From a virus, in IMG/VR virus record IMGVR_UViG_3300019375_000023: a stretch of 22,975 bases of DNA; one strand, 5' to 3'. Position numbers and translations under genes: made by a program. The notes under the pieces are model-generated. The model did not search any database. It was not told the origin of the DNA and saw only the letters and a list, made by a program, of their open reading frames with translations. Below, piece after piece: positions 8,852 through 17,419 of the stretch; position 1 is the stretch's first letter, and each line of letters begins with the position of its first letter.

Positions 8852-8881
8852 TCTTCATTATACACTCTCATAAAAATAAAA
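8852..8881 (-). promoter_or_regulatory. 30-bp motif copy 1 (TTTTATTTTTATGAGAGTGTATAATGAAGA), candidate late promoter
   Basis: Exact duplicate of 18615-18644. Intergenic, about 180 nt upstream of the protease gene. Function inferred. Confidence 0.5.
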
Positions 8882-9178
8882 CCTGCTTTTTTAAGGGTAT
8901 TTTTTGAACATTATTACAGTTTTTTAAAAAAATATTAAACACGAAAAATGAAAATACGGGGTTTTAATTTTTCCAAATGAACAGTTACCCGAATAAAAAA
9001 ATAAATCTTAAACAAAAATAAAAAATAAGCATGGAAAACCAGTTAATCACAGAAAACAAAATATTTTCCTCAACAACAACATCCAGTGTTATTTTGCTTT
9101 TTTGAAGGTTTTCCGTTAAAAAAAGTTTAAAGAAGCAAGGAGCATGCCCTATTTGTGAACACAAAAAATTATTGTTAA

Positions 9179-9262
9179 TGGTAGAAGCAGGATTTGAACC
9201 TGCGGACCTACTAAAGGAATGAGTCCTAAGCACATCGTCTTTGACCACTTGACTATTCTACC
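9179..9262 (-). tRNA. tRNA-Leu(UAG), type II
   Basis: Acceptor GGTAGAA/TTCTACC plus A73. D arm GTC-AAGTGGTCAAA-GAC. Anticodon arm ATGTG-CTTAGGA-CTCAT (one T-T mismatch). Long variable arm. T arm GCAGG-TTCAAAT-CCTGC. No encoded CCA. Confidence 0.92.
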
Positions 9263-9276
9263 CAAAAAAAGTTGTA

Positions 9277-9348
9277 TAGTCCTATCAGGAGTCGAACCTG
9301 AGTCAGCGGGACCAAAACCCACCATGATTGCCATTACACCATAGGACT
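9277..9348 (-). tRNA. tRNA-Gln(UUG), archaeal type
   Basis: Acceptor AGTCCTA/TAGGACT (A1-U72) plus A73. Anticodon arm GTGGG-TTTTGGT-CCCGC. T arm TCAGG-TTCGACT-CCTGA. 72 nt, no encoded CCA. Confidence 0.93.
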
Positions 9349-9356
9349 AAAAAAAA

Positions 9357-9875
9357 TTAAACAAACTCTGATAAATAACATGCTAATAAAGAAGCCCCAT
9401 ATTTATTAAAAATAGCATCAATTTTTTTAAAATCAGGAAACATTCTATTAGAATCATCTTTATGAATAACATCATTACGATATTCATATTTTGCTATAAT
9501 TTGTTCTTCAGAAGCAAATTTGAATTGAGATAAAAGATCAATAAACTCAATAAAATCATTATTATTTTTCATCATTTGATACTTTTCCCAGAATTCCCCA
9601 GCTATTATTCCTTCAAATTCAGGATGACAATCTAACCATTCAATGATAATACTATTCCTTATCATAATTGGATTTTTTGAAAGTTTACATTTTTCATCCA
9701 ATAATTGATCTATCTTATGTATAGTTTCTAATAAATTTTTAGATTTTAAGAATCTATCACGTTCATTTTGCTTATCATAATAACTAAATAATATTTCTGG
9801 TACATAGTCTTCCAAATGAACTAATTCATCCATATGATCATTGATGAAATGTGAATCAAATTGAAGTACTTTCAT
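9357..9875 (-). CDS. Hypothetical protein (candidate immunity protein)
   Basis: 172 aa from ATG 9875 (ATGA overlap, GGTGA SD). Acidic and helical. No recognisable family. Confidence 0.6.
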   Translation of the reverse strand: MKVLQFDSHFINDHMDELVHLEDYVPEILFSYYDKQNERDRFLKSKNLLETIHKIDQLLDEKCKLSKNPIMIRNSIIIEWLDCHPEFEGIIAGEFWEKYQMMKNNNDFIEFIDLLSQFKFASEEQIIAKYEYRNDVIHKDDSNRMFPDFKKIDAIFNKYGASLLACYLSEFV

Positions 9876-10192
9876 TCTTTCACCTCTTTCCATATGAATA
9901 AATCCCAGTGGCCAGTGGCTTCACAATATTCTCTGACTATGCGGTCTTGAGCTTCGTCCCATGTTTCACCAGGGTTAATCCAAGGATCACCTCTACCGAA
10001 AATATACCAATTGCCACTTTCTCTTTGATGTTTTTGATACATACGATCCCAAATATCCTGCAACTGCTCACCATCATCAGAACATTTGGATCTACGCCAC
10101 AACCATTGAGGAAATAGAACAGTAGTGTTATTTATAATATCTTCAGCATGATCAATCAAATAGTTTATATTAATAATTTCTGCTCTTTTCAT
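9872..10192 (-). CDS. Hypothetical Trp-rich protein (candidate immunity protein)
   Basis: 106 aa starting 4 nt after the MuF-ART stop. No recognisable family. Confidence 0.6.
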   Translation of the reverse strand: MKRAEIININYLIDHAEDIINNTTVLFPQWLWRRSKCSDDGEQLQDIWDRMYQKHQRESGNWYIFGRGDPWINPGETWDEAQDRIVREYCEATGHWDLFIWKEVKE

Positions 10193-10196
10193 TTTA

Positions 10197-13100
10197 TCAT
10201 CCCACTATTCTTAACAGTATATGTTTTAATTTTTCACCATTAGCACCTTTAACAGTTTTATCCTCGAATTTAACCAACTCTACTTTAGATTTTTTTAATA
10301 AAAATTCCATTTCATTCGCATATTTCTCTCCTACGAAAGGAGATGTTGGATTTATTATTTCTCCTTGTTTTATTGGAGCTAAATATGCTCCTTTAGTACC
10401 TGCTGGAGCCTCAATTTCAATTAAATAATTCATCTCTTTAGCGTTAGTTTTACTGAACCATAATGCCCCTTCTTTGGAAATAGCTGTAGATCTGAAATTA
10501 GGGAAATCCATAACCTCACCAATCGTGGTGGAACTTAAATTATGATTCTCTTGTACACGCCATAATGTCATACCTTCTTTCAATTGATTATTTAATATAT
10601 CATCTAAAACAGGCACATCATGAGCAATAGATTCTGCTAATTTTTTAGCTTCAGATTTTGATATTCTACCTGTTCTCCTGGTTATTTCATCATAATAATA
10701 CTGATAATATTTTAATGAATTGTCTTCTTTGTATGCTTTGGCCATGTCATAAATCCATTTCTCGAATTTCTTAACATCACGCCCACAATCCACTTCAAAG
10801 TTAGTGAATGCTTTATAATCCGAACCCAACCATCTATCCGCTACTTTTTGTTCACGTATGGTCATTTCACGTGCATCTTTAGTGAAATACTTTTCTAAGG
10901 ATTCACCATTCGGGAGTAAACCTTCCTCATTAGTGCCTTTAAATGTTTTTAAATTCTTAGGATTTTTATCTAAAGAAATTTTAGATTCATACCCTGTTAA
11001 AGGTTGCTCTAAAACACTTTTATCTAATTTAAGTTTTGTTTTTAATGATTTATATAATTTTTTAAACTCAATAGTAGCATCATAATCTAAACCTTTTTCT
11101 GTTTGATTAATATTATTCAAGTAAATGAATCTTTGTTGATTATGTAATTCATCCATTGTTTTTAATTCATTTGAAGTTAATTTTCGTCCGTATAATTGTT
11201 TTTTCTCTAATTCATATAATTTATCTGCTTCTTTTTTAGTAAGTTTAAATTCTGTAGCATTCTTATAATAATCATATGAAATAAATGATTTTTGTTGTGT
11301 AGTGAATTTTAAATCAAGGGATAATTCAGGTAAATTCCATTGTTTTCGATATCGAGAATACAATTCAACATATGTTTTAGATTTAGTTTCACTCAAACCG
11401 TTTCCAATCAATTCTTGATGTTTTTGATGGAGTTGTAATTTAGTTGATAATTGAGAGTAGTATTCTTTTTCATCCGTTGACAAGCTACCTTTGTTCTTTT
11501 TAAGTTTTTTGTATGCTTGTTTTTCTTCAGATGTTAATTTGAATGCATCTTTATCTTTAAAAATAGTTTTTTTGTTAATTTGTATTGGTTTTATTTCAAT
11601 GTCGCCTTTTGGAGTCCAATCTTTGAATTTTTTCATTAATTTTTCATATCTTACACCCTCTCCCCCAGATAGCTCCATTACATCATTAGGATTTCCTCCT
11701 TCACGTAATATTTTATTCCATAATGAGTTGAATTCTTTTCTATCTGCCAATTCCTTATAACTACGTTTTTCTATCATACCTAATGAATCTTTTTCAGCTT
11801 CTAATTTTGCTAATGTTTTTTCTTCAACCGATGTCAAAGCATATTTATTATAGTCTTTATTATTAATTGGTGTTGAATGTCTTTTAACACCAGTTAACTC
11901 TTCAAAACTTCTTTTATCTACTTTTAATTCTTTTTTACTTATTGTTTTAATAGATTTTGGATTTATTTCTGTATGCATTACTCTTTTTACTTTTAATCCT
12001 TTGATATTTGATGTATATTCAAGTATTGCATCACCTAATTCTTTATTATGTTTGTCTAAGAATTCATTTGCAACATATTTTTCAAATTCTTTTTGAGCGG
12101 ATTGTCTTTTAACAGGGTCTTTAATCTTATTAATTTTAAGTGATGACTTACGATATTCATCGGTTAACTTTTTTAATTGTTTTTGTTCTAATCTATCAAT
12201 ATCTACAGTTATTTTATTAATTTCTTTAGAAGTTAATTTGCCTTCATTTTTTATGAACCATGATTCTTTTCTTGAGATATTTATTCCTACACGTTCATTT
12301 TTTGAGTTTAAGAATTCAAAGAAATCTCCTGAAGATGTAGGTCTAAAACCCTCATCAGTATGGTAGTGTATTGTACTATATTTTCCATTTGGTTTGGTTA
12401 ATACTATATCATTACTAGCTCCTTTAAATTCTTTAGATAAGAATTTACCGTTTTTCTCATTGAATACTACACCATATTCTATATCAGAGCCAATTCTACG
12501 TTTAGTATATCTTTGAATTGTTTCCATTCCTTTTTCAGTTATTCCAAATTCTGATAAATCTTCATTAGGTATTGAGAATTTAGAATCAATTAATTTAGGA
12601 TTAATAATGTCTAAGTCAAAAGATGATGATTGTTTTGGTATTGCTGAGACTTCATCTTGGAATTGTGTTAATAAGTCTCCACCGGTTCCTAATGTTCCTA
12701 AAGGTAATAAATCAGACTCCCTAAAATTAGACATACCCACAGGCACCATCATACCAGGAGGACAAAACCACGGTAAAACACCACAACGACAATTAATCCA
12801 CTCACTAATCGGACCATTTGTATCTCCAGGATACCTTAAACCATTACTGAAAACACCGTTCCAGGGTATGATTTCACCGTCTAATGCTGCATGTGTGTCA
12901 CGTGTACGGTTGTCATGTGCTGCTCCCCATTGTAAGTATTCTACGCCCATGTCTTCATATGAGTTCATTACTCCTTGCATATGTGACCCGTGTATTTCGG
13001 TTCTTGCTATGCGTCGTGCTTCCCATGTTTCTAGCTGGTTGAAACGGGTTTCTATCTTGTTAGCTACATCGTTTATACCCCATCCATCACGGTAGCCATC

Positions 13101-13622
13101 TGTGATTATGCCGTTAATATCTTTATCTACACGTGCTAAGGTGTTTTCACTTGCAACAAATGTCTTGTCACGCATTTGTTCAGCACTGTAGTCTGAAGTA
13201 GCAAATAATTCATCTTTCTTGATTATGCTATTCATAGGAACATTAATCGTGTCCTCTTTAACAGCACCACCATAATAAGCTTTACTGTATTGTTTGGCGT
13301 ACTGTTTAGCACGTGCAATTAATCTTTTTCCTTGAACACGTCCTTTTCTATGCTCTTTGAGCTTGTATTTCATTATGGTGTCATAGTATTGTTTGTGATG
13401 CTCATGTATGGGTGCTAATATTAAATCCATGTGTGCATTAAACAGCACATCACCGTAATACTCTTCAAGATTCTTGAGTATTTCTGTACGGATACTATGG
13501 AATATTCCAGCTACACTTGTTTTTAATTCCTCTTCATACATGTATTGTATGATATTTTCCATTTTAGCAGCAAATAAACTATTATTAATATGTTTAATCT
13601 GTTTCTCCAATTCCTGTGTCAT
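10197..13622 (-). CDS. MuF/SPP1 gp7-like minor head protein fused to a JAB/MPN-like domain, helical repeats and a C-terminal ADP-ribosyltransferase
   Basis: MuF motifs ARRIARTE, HDNRTRDTH, YPGD...INCRC. JAB-like E382..H419-x-H421..S430..D433. ART motifs R1022 (LWRV), S1045-T-A and E1104-x-E1106 (NEMEFLL). Confidence 0.88.
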   Translation of the reverse strand: MTQELEKQIKHINNSLFAAKMENIIQYMYEEELKTSVAGIFHSIRTEILKNLEEYYGDVLFNAHMDLILAPIHEHHKQYYDTIMKYKLKEHRKGRVQGKRLIARAKQYAKQYSKAYYGGAVKEDTINVPMNSIIKKDELFATSDYSAEQMRDKTFVASENTLARVDKDINGIITDGYRDGWGINDVANKIETRFNQLETWEARRIARTEIHGSHMQGVMNSYEDMGVEYLQWGAAHDNRTRDTHAALDGEIIPWNGVFSNGLRYPGDTNGPISEWINCRCGVLPWFCPPGMMVPVGMSNFRESDLLPLGTLGTGGDLLTQFQDEVSAIPKQSSSFDLDIINPKLIDSKFSIPNEDLSEFGITEKGMETIQRYTKRRIGSDIEYGVVFNEKNGKFLSKEFKGASNDIVLTKPNGKYSTIHYHTDEGFRPTSSGDFFEFLNSKNERVGINISRKESWFIKNEGKLTSKEINKITVDIDRLEQKQLKKLTDEYRKSSLKINKIKDPVKRQSAQKEFEKYVANEFLDKHNKELGDAILEYTSNIKGLKVKRVMHTEINPKSIKTISKKELKVDKRSFEELTGVKRHSTPINNKDYNKYALTSVEEKTLAKLEAEKDSLGMIEKRSYKELADRKEFNSLWNKILREGGNPNDVMELSGGEGVRYEKLMKKFKDWTPKGDIEIKPIQINKKTIFKDKDAFKLTSEEKQAYKKLKKNKGSLSTDEKEYYSQLSTKLQLHQKHQELIGNGLSETKSKTYVELYSRYRKQWNLPELSLDLKFTTQQKSFISYDYYKNATEFKLTKKEADKLYELEKKQLYGRKLTSNELKTMDELHNQQRFIYLNNINQTEKGLDYDATIEFKKLYKSLKTKLKLDKSVLEQPLTGYESKISLDKNPKNLKTFKGTNEEGLLPNGESLEKYFTKDAREMTIREQKVADRWLGSDYKAFTNFEVDCGRDVKKFEKWIYDMAKAYKEDNSLKYYQYYYDEITRRTGRISKSEAKKLAESIAHDVPVLDDILNNQLKEGMTLWRVQENHNLSSTTIGEVMDFPNFRSTAISKEGALWFSKTNAKEMNYLIEIEAPAGTKGAYLAPIKQGEIINPTSPFVGEKYANEMEFLLKKSKVELVKFEDKTVKGANGEKLKHILLRIVG

Positions 13623-15201
13623 TGTTAACTCCTAAAAAATCATCATCCTCTTCAGAGTCTTGCCAGAGATTACCATCCAAAGCCTTCAAAATACTCTTTT
13701 CTTCCAAGTAACTATTCTGTTCTGATTGATTGAAAACTTGCTCCAACGGGATATTATTAATGAATCTACTGTTCAAATAAGGGTCATTTGGGTCATCAAC
13801 AGCCAAACCGAATTCATCACCAAAATTATTAATCAGATCCATAATAGTCATTGCACCACGTGCAAATAAAAAATCAGCTAAATCTTTACGTGGGCTATGG
13901 TCAATTGGATCCACATCATTAATAACAAATTTCCAACTAGTCACTTTTAATTCAGCTGCTATCTGATTTATCATAGATTCAACTTCAGTTTTAATTGGTG
14001 CAATAGTACCATACTTATAGGATGCTTTAGTGACTTCAGAATTAGTACCATTTAAATTGCCACTGTCAAAAATACCTAAACGTGAAGGGTCAACCTGGTG
14101 AGCGTGTATTACTTCATCACGTATGTCTTTTTTCATCATTCTGAAAGAGCCTTCTTTAACGTCAACACTTAATTGAGTGATTTTAATTTCTACATCTCCG
14201 TCTACTCCTTCAGATGGTACTGTAATACAAATAGCTGAATGTGGATTGCGTATTACTTCTTTTACTTGCTGTGATATTTGGTATCTTAAAGTTTGCTTTT
14301 CATCATAATCGGGATTGAGAATTTCACGTCCATCATCGTCTTTTATATATTTCTCTTCCTCGTAATCTTGGAAATCTCCAGTTACTGTGACTGCGAATGC
14401 TGGCATACCATAATTCTGGAAAAAAGTAGTATTATAACGTACCGCAGCTAAATCAGATTGTATGGATGGTAATGTAGCTATAATTGGTGGTCTACCATAA
14501 TAATTTGTTCCTGGAGCATACTCCATAGTCCATAATAATTCATTAGCTTTTTCTTCCATGCTTAAACTATTATATGGATGGAATTCACCTGTCTTCATAT
14601 GAACATCAACTGGATTTCCATCATCATCGTAATTTTTACCATATAGCACATACCAGACTTTTTTTCCTGTGTCATCTGTGTATAATACTCTTTTCATGTC
14701 TGTATGACGGCGTAATGTGTGTGATGGTATGTGTTTTAAACGTGTTATAGGTGATTTACTAGTGGATTCTCTTATTACTTCCATTGCACCATAGCCTATG
14801 CTTCTACGGTCATAAATCATACGGTGAATGTGAATATTAATTGAAGGTTTACTATTATCTAATATTTCTGTGAATCTTATTTTCTCACTTTCAACTTCAT
14901 CTTTTCCTTCAATAGGTTTCAATGTATAATCTACACCACTGGCGTCTGTTGCAACAGCATCAACACAATCAGCATGATAACTATACAAATCTAATAATTC
15001 AATTAAATTATAAGGATTATATTTCGGGTCAATAACTGTTATTCCATGAGCATAATGATCACTAGGTGTTTGTTTACTCCCCGTAGTAGGGTCAACATCT
15101 GCTTTTATAGCATATTTGCCCATTTCAATTTCGCTTATAACATCTTTAACGTCACCAGTAGTTTCGTCTACTGTTACTATCCATGATTCTGATTTAACCA
15201 T
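13594..15201 (-). CDS. Portal protein (PBSX / psiM2-like)
   Basis: 535 aa after TerL. YYGRPP, FFQNYGMPAFAV, IHAHQVDPSRLGI and TIMDLIN motifs typical of portal proteins. Confidence 0.9.
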   Translation of the reverse strand: MVKSESWIVTVDETTGDVKDVISEIEMGKYAIKADVDPTTGSKQTPSDHYAHGITVIDPKYNPYNLIELLDLYSYHADCVDAVATDASGVDYTLKPIEGKDEVESEKIRFTEILDNSKPSINIHIHRMIYDRRSIGYGAMEVIRESTSKSPITRLKHIPSHTLRRHTDMKRVLYTDDTGKKVWYVLYGKNYDDDGNPVDVHMKTGEFHPYNSLSMEEKANELLWTMEYAPGTNYYGRPPIIATLPSIQSDLAAVRYNTTFFQNYGMPAFAVTVTGDFQDYEEEKYIKDDDGREILNPDYDEKQTLRYQISQQVKEVIRNPHSAICITVPSEGVDGDVEIKITQLSVDVKEGSFRMMKKDIRDEVIHAHQVDPSRLGIFDSGNLNGTNSEVTKASYKYGTIAPIKTEVESMINQIAAELKVTSWKFVINDVDPIDHSPRKDLADFLFARGAMTIMDLINNFGDEFGLAVDDPNDPYLNSRFINNIPLEQVFNQSEQNSYLEEKSILKALDGNLWQDSEEDDDFLGVNNDTGIGETD

Positions 15202-15228
15202 CGTTTATTCATCTCCTATTTAAATTAA

Positions 15229-16698
15229 TTATGCGTGTATTTTAGCTCGTCTACGCTTCCAATGGCGGGCAGAACCAGTTGCTACATCTGTGATATTGTC
15301 CTGGCCTCCTTCCTCACCAGTGAATTCAACTAATTCATCAACCACCATGTCAAAAATATCTTCTGAAATACGTACTTTATCAGCCTCTGCTAATGCCTGC
15401 AAGTCAAAACTACGTGTTAATTTATCACCATAATCCCTTACTCTATCCGGCCTTATACTATAACCTTTGAATTCTTTTCTACGTGCTAAGTTATTGATTA
15501 AAACTTTAGGTGATGCACCAGGTTCTTGCTCTATTTTAACACGTGTACTTTTACCATCACGTAGAGTAGTGTCTAGGAAGTATTTTTCAACCTGTAATGG
15601 GGTTAATCCTTTATGTAAGAGTTTTCTCATGTACATATATTCACCATCCCATGCAGTGTACAGGGCTGCTGTTGGATCTCCATCCTCACCTGAAGCTCCA
15701 AGATCCCAGTATCGTAATGTAGGTAATTTAACAATGAGCTTATCCATTTCTTTAGGTGACATTTTACTGTTACGAAACCATTTACGGAAAAATACATTAC
15801 CTTCAGGTTCACGTGGGTTTCCTTGATATACTGCGTTGAATCTGAAACTACCCATTTCAGTTTTAATGTGTTGGAGTTCTTCTAATGGTTTTTGTTCTGG
15901 CCATAATGGCTCTCCAGGAGCTCTTCCTAACGGGTCATTTTCTTCAGCTATAGCAGGTAAGTTTAAGATTACCCATGTTCCATAAGGTACATCCTCGTTT
16001 TCTTCCTCTATTATTCTCATAGCCTCTTGATAGGTTATGTGAGGTTCATTTGGTACACGTTTGTCTCCTTCTTTTTTGTATAATATTTGACCGGCTAAAT
16101 CGTCTATGTTAAGTCTTTGCCATATTCCTATTACCCATGGTTTACTTCCACCTTCAATATCTGCATTTAAACGGGTTTTAGCTTCTGTAAACCACCAATC
16201 GTTTAGTTCTTTTTGATGTGTTTTACTTCTTGCTTTTTTGAAACCTTTAGTTGGATCATCTATGATGAAACCATTTGCACCCTCACCCAGAATAGATCCA
16301 CCAACACCTGCTGTGACAAGACCGCCTTTATGGTCTTTAATGTTCCAGGTATGAGCAGCTTTACTGTCTTCAGCCAGTACTATAGGAACTTCAAATGCAT
16401 CTTTTCCTATGTATTCTAGAAGGTTACGTACTCTACGACCCCATTTACGACTGAAATTAGCGCTATGAGTAGTGAGTATTACCTGTTTATCAGGAAAACA
16501 CCCTAGGAACCATGTTAAAAAATAGTAACTTATTAGCTCAGATTTACCATGTCTTGGAGGCATGAATACCATTAAACGTGATATGCGACCTTCTATTACA
16601 TAATGTAATAGCTTAACCACTAGTAATAAGTGTATGAATGGTTTCCAAGCTCCTCTGCTTACTAATTGTGCGAATTCATCAATAGTTAAGGGTTCCAT
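15229..16698 (-). CDS. terL: Terminase large subunit
   Basis: Walker A MPPRHGKS, Walker B FIIDD, coupling motif region WQR, and RNase H-like nuclease residues WDLG and QDNITD. Confidence 0.95.
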   Translation of the reverse strand: MEPLTIDEFAQLVSRGAWKPFIHLLLVVKLLHYVIEGRISRLMVFMPPRHGKSELISYYFLTWFLGCFPDKQVILTTHSANFSRKWGRRVRNLLEYIGKDAFEVPIVLAEDSKAAHTWNIKDHKGGLVTAGVGGSILGEGANGFIIDDPTKGFKKARSKTHQKELNDWWFTEAKTRLNADIEGGSKPWVIGIWQRLNIDDLAGQILYKKEGDKRVPNEPHITYQEAMRIIEEENEDVPYGTWVILNLPAIAEENDPLGRAPGEPLWPEQKPLEELQHIKTEMGSFRFNAVYQGNPREPEGNVFFRKWFRNSKMSPKEMDKLIVKLPTLRYWDLGASGEDGDPTAALYTAWDGEYMYMRKLLHKGLTPLQVEKYFLDTTLRDGKSTRVKIEQEPGASPKVLINNLARRKEFKGYSIRPDRVRDYGDKLTRSFDLQALAEADKVRISEDIFDMVVDELVEFTGEEGGQDNITDVATGSARHWKRRRAKIHA

Positions 16699-16702
16699 TG
16701 CT

Positions 16703-17416
16703 CTAGTCTTCTTTGGCTAATTTTTGGTTTATTCTTTCAGAGAGTTTTCCGGATAATATTTTTTCCTGGAATTCATCCATGTCCCTTTGAAAATCAGTTT
16801 TCACTTCAGCTTCAGCATCCACTTTAGCATCCATAGAAACTTCTTGTTTTTTAGGAGCATCATCAAAACCAGCTAAAGTACGGAAGCTATTTATCTCCAT
16901 GCTTTTAGCTTTTGAATTTGATTCTGCCTTAGCAGATGTGAACTTCCCCTCCATTTTTTCAGTTTTAGCAATTTGTGTAGCATTGTTAAAACCTTCTTTT
17001 ACTCCTTTAATCATGGTCGGGATAAAATCAACATACTCCGCAGCAGCAGCTAGTGTAGCTTCATGTGCTACTGCTTTTCTAAAAGAAATTCTACGTTCAG
17101 CCCACGTGTGTTTAATAGTAGCTTTACAATTAGAACCATTTGACCAGTGTTGCAACTGAATTTCGCTAGGAGGCTTATTTTTCTTAATATCATCCTTATG
17201 AAAATTAATAGGATGATTTTCTAAGAAATCATCATAGGGTCTGCATCTATTCGGCATATCTTCTGCATATTGTTTTTTAAATGCATAATCTAATAATTTA
17301 GAATAATCTCTTAAACTTCCATTAAACCACATAAAAGGTTCTAAATAGCACCATTCCCTTAATACTTCGCCTTCTTGCAGTTCGTGTATGTTTTCCGACC
17401 ATTCTGTTATTGCCAT
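16703..17416 (-). CDS. Terminase small subunit (putative)
   Basis: Directly upstream of terL. Helical, with a W..RR pattern (KHTWAERR) and a C-terminal coiled segment. Confidence 0.6.
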   Translation of the reverse strand: MAITEWSENIHELQEGEVLREWCYLEPFMWFNGSLRDYSKLLDYAFKKQYAEDMPNRCRPYDDFLENHPINFHKDDIKKNKPPSEIQLQHWSNGSNCKATIKHTWAERRISFRKAVAHEATLAAAAEYVDFIPTMIKGVKEGFNNATQIAKTEKMEGKFTSAKAESNSKAKSMEINSFRTLAGFDDAPKKQEVSMDAKVDAEAEVKTDFQRDMDEFQEKILSGKLSERINQKLAKED

Positions 17417-17419
17417 GAG

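Noticed and set aside
9120-9230. Plus-strand frame with CPIC (…QGACPICEHKK…)
   Set aside because: There is no start codon or SD before the motif, there is an upstream in-frame stop, and it is antisense to tRNA-Leu.
8985-9334. Minus-strand ORFs 8985-9248 and 9149-9334
   Set aside because: They read through the tRNA genes and are artefacts.
9179-9348. tRNAs as a provirus integration site (attL/attR)
   Set aside because: They lie in the middle of the structural module with viral genes on both sides. No partial tRNA duplicate or integrase is present.
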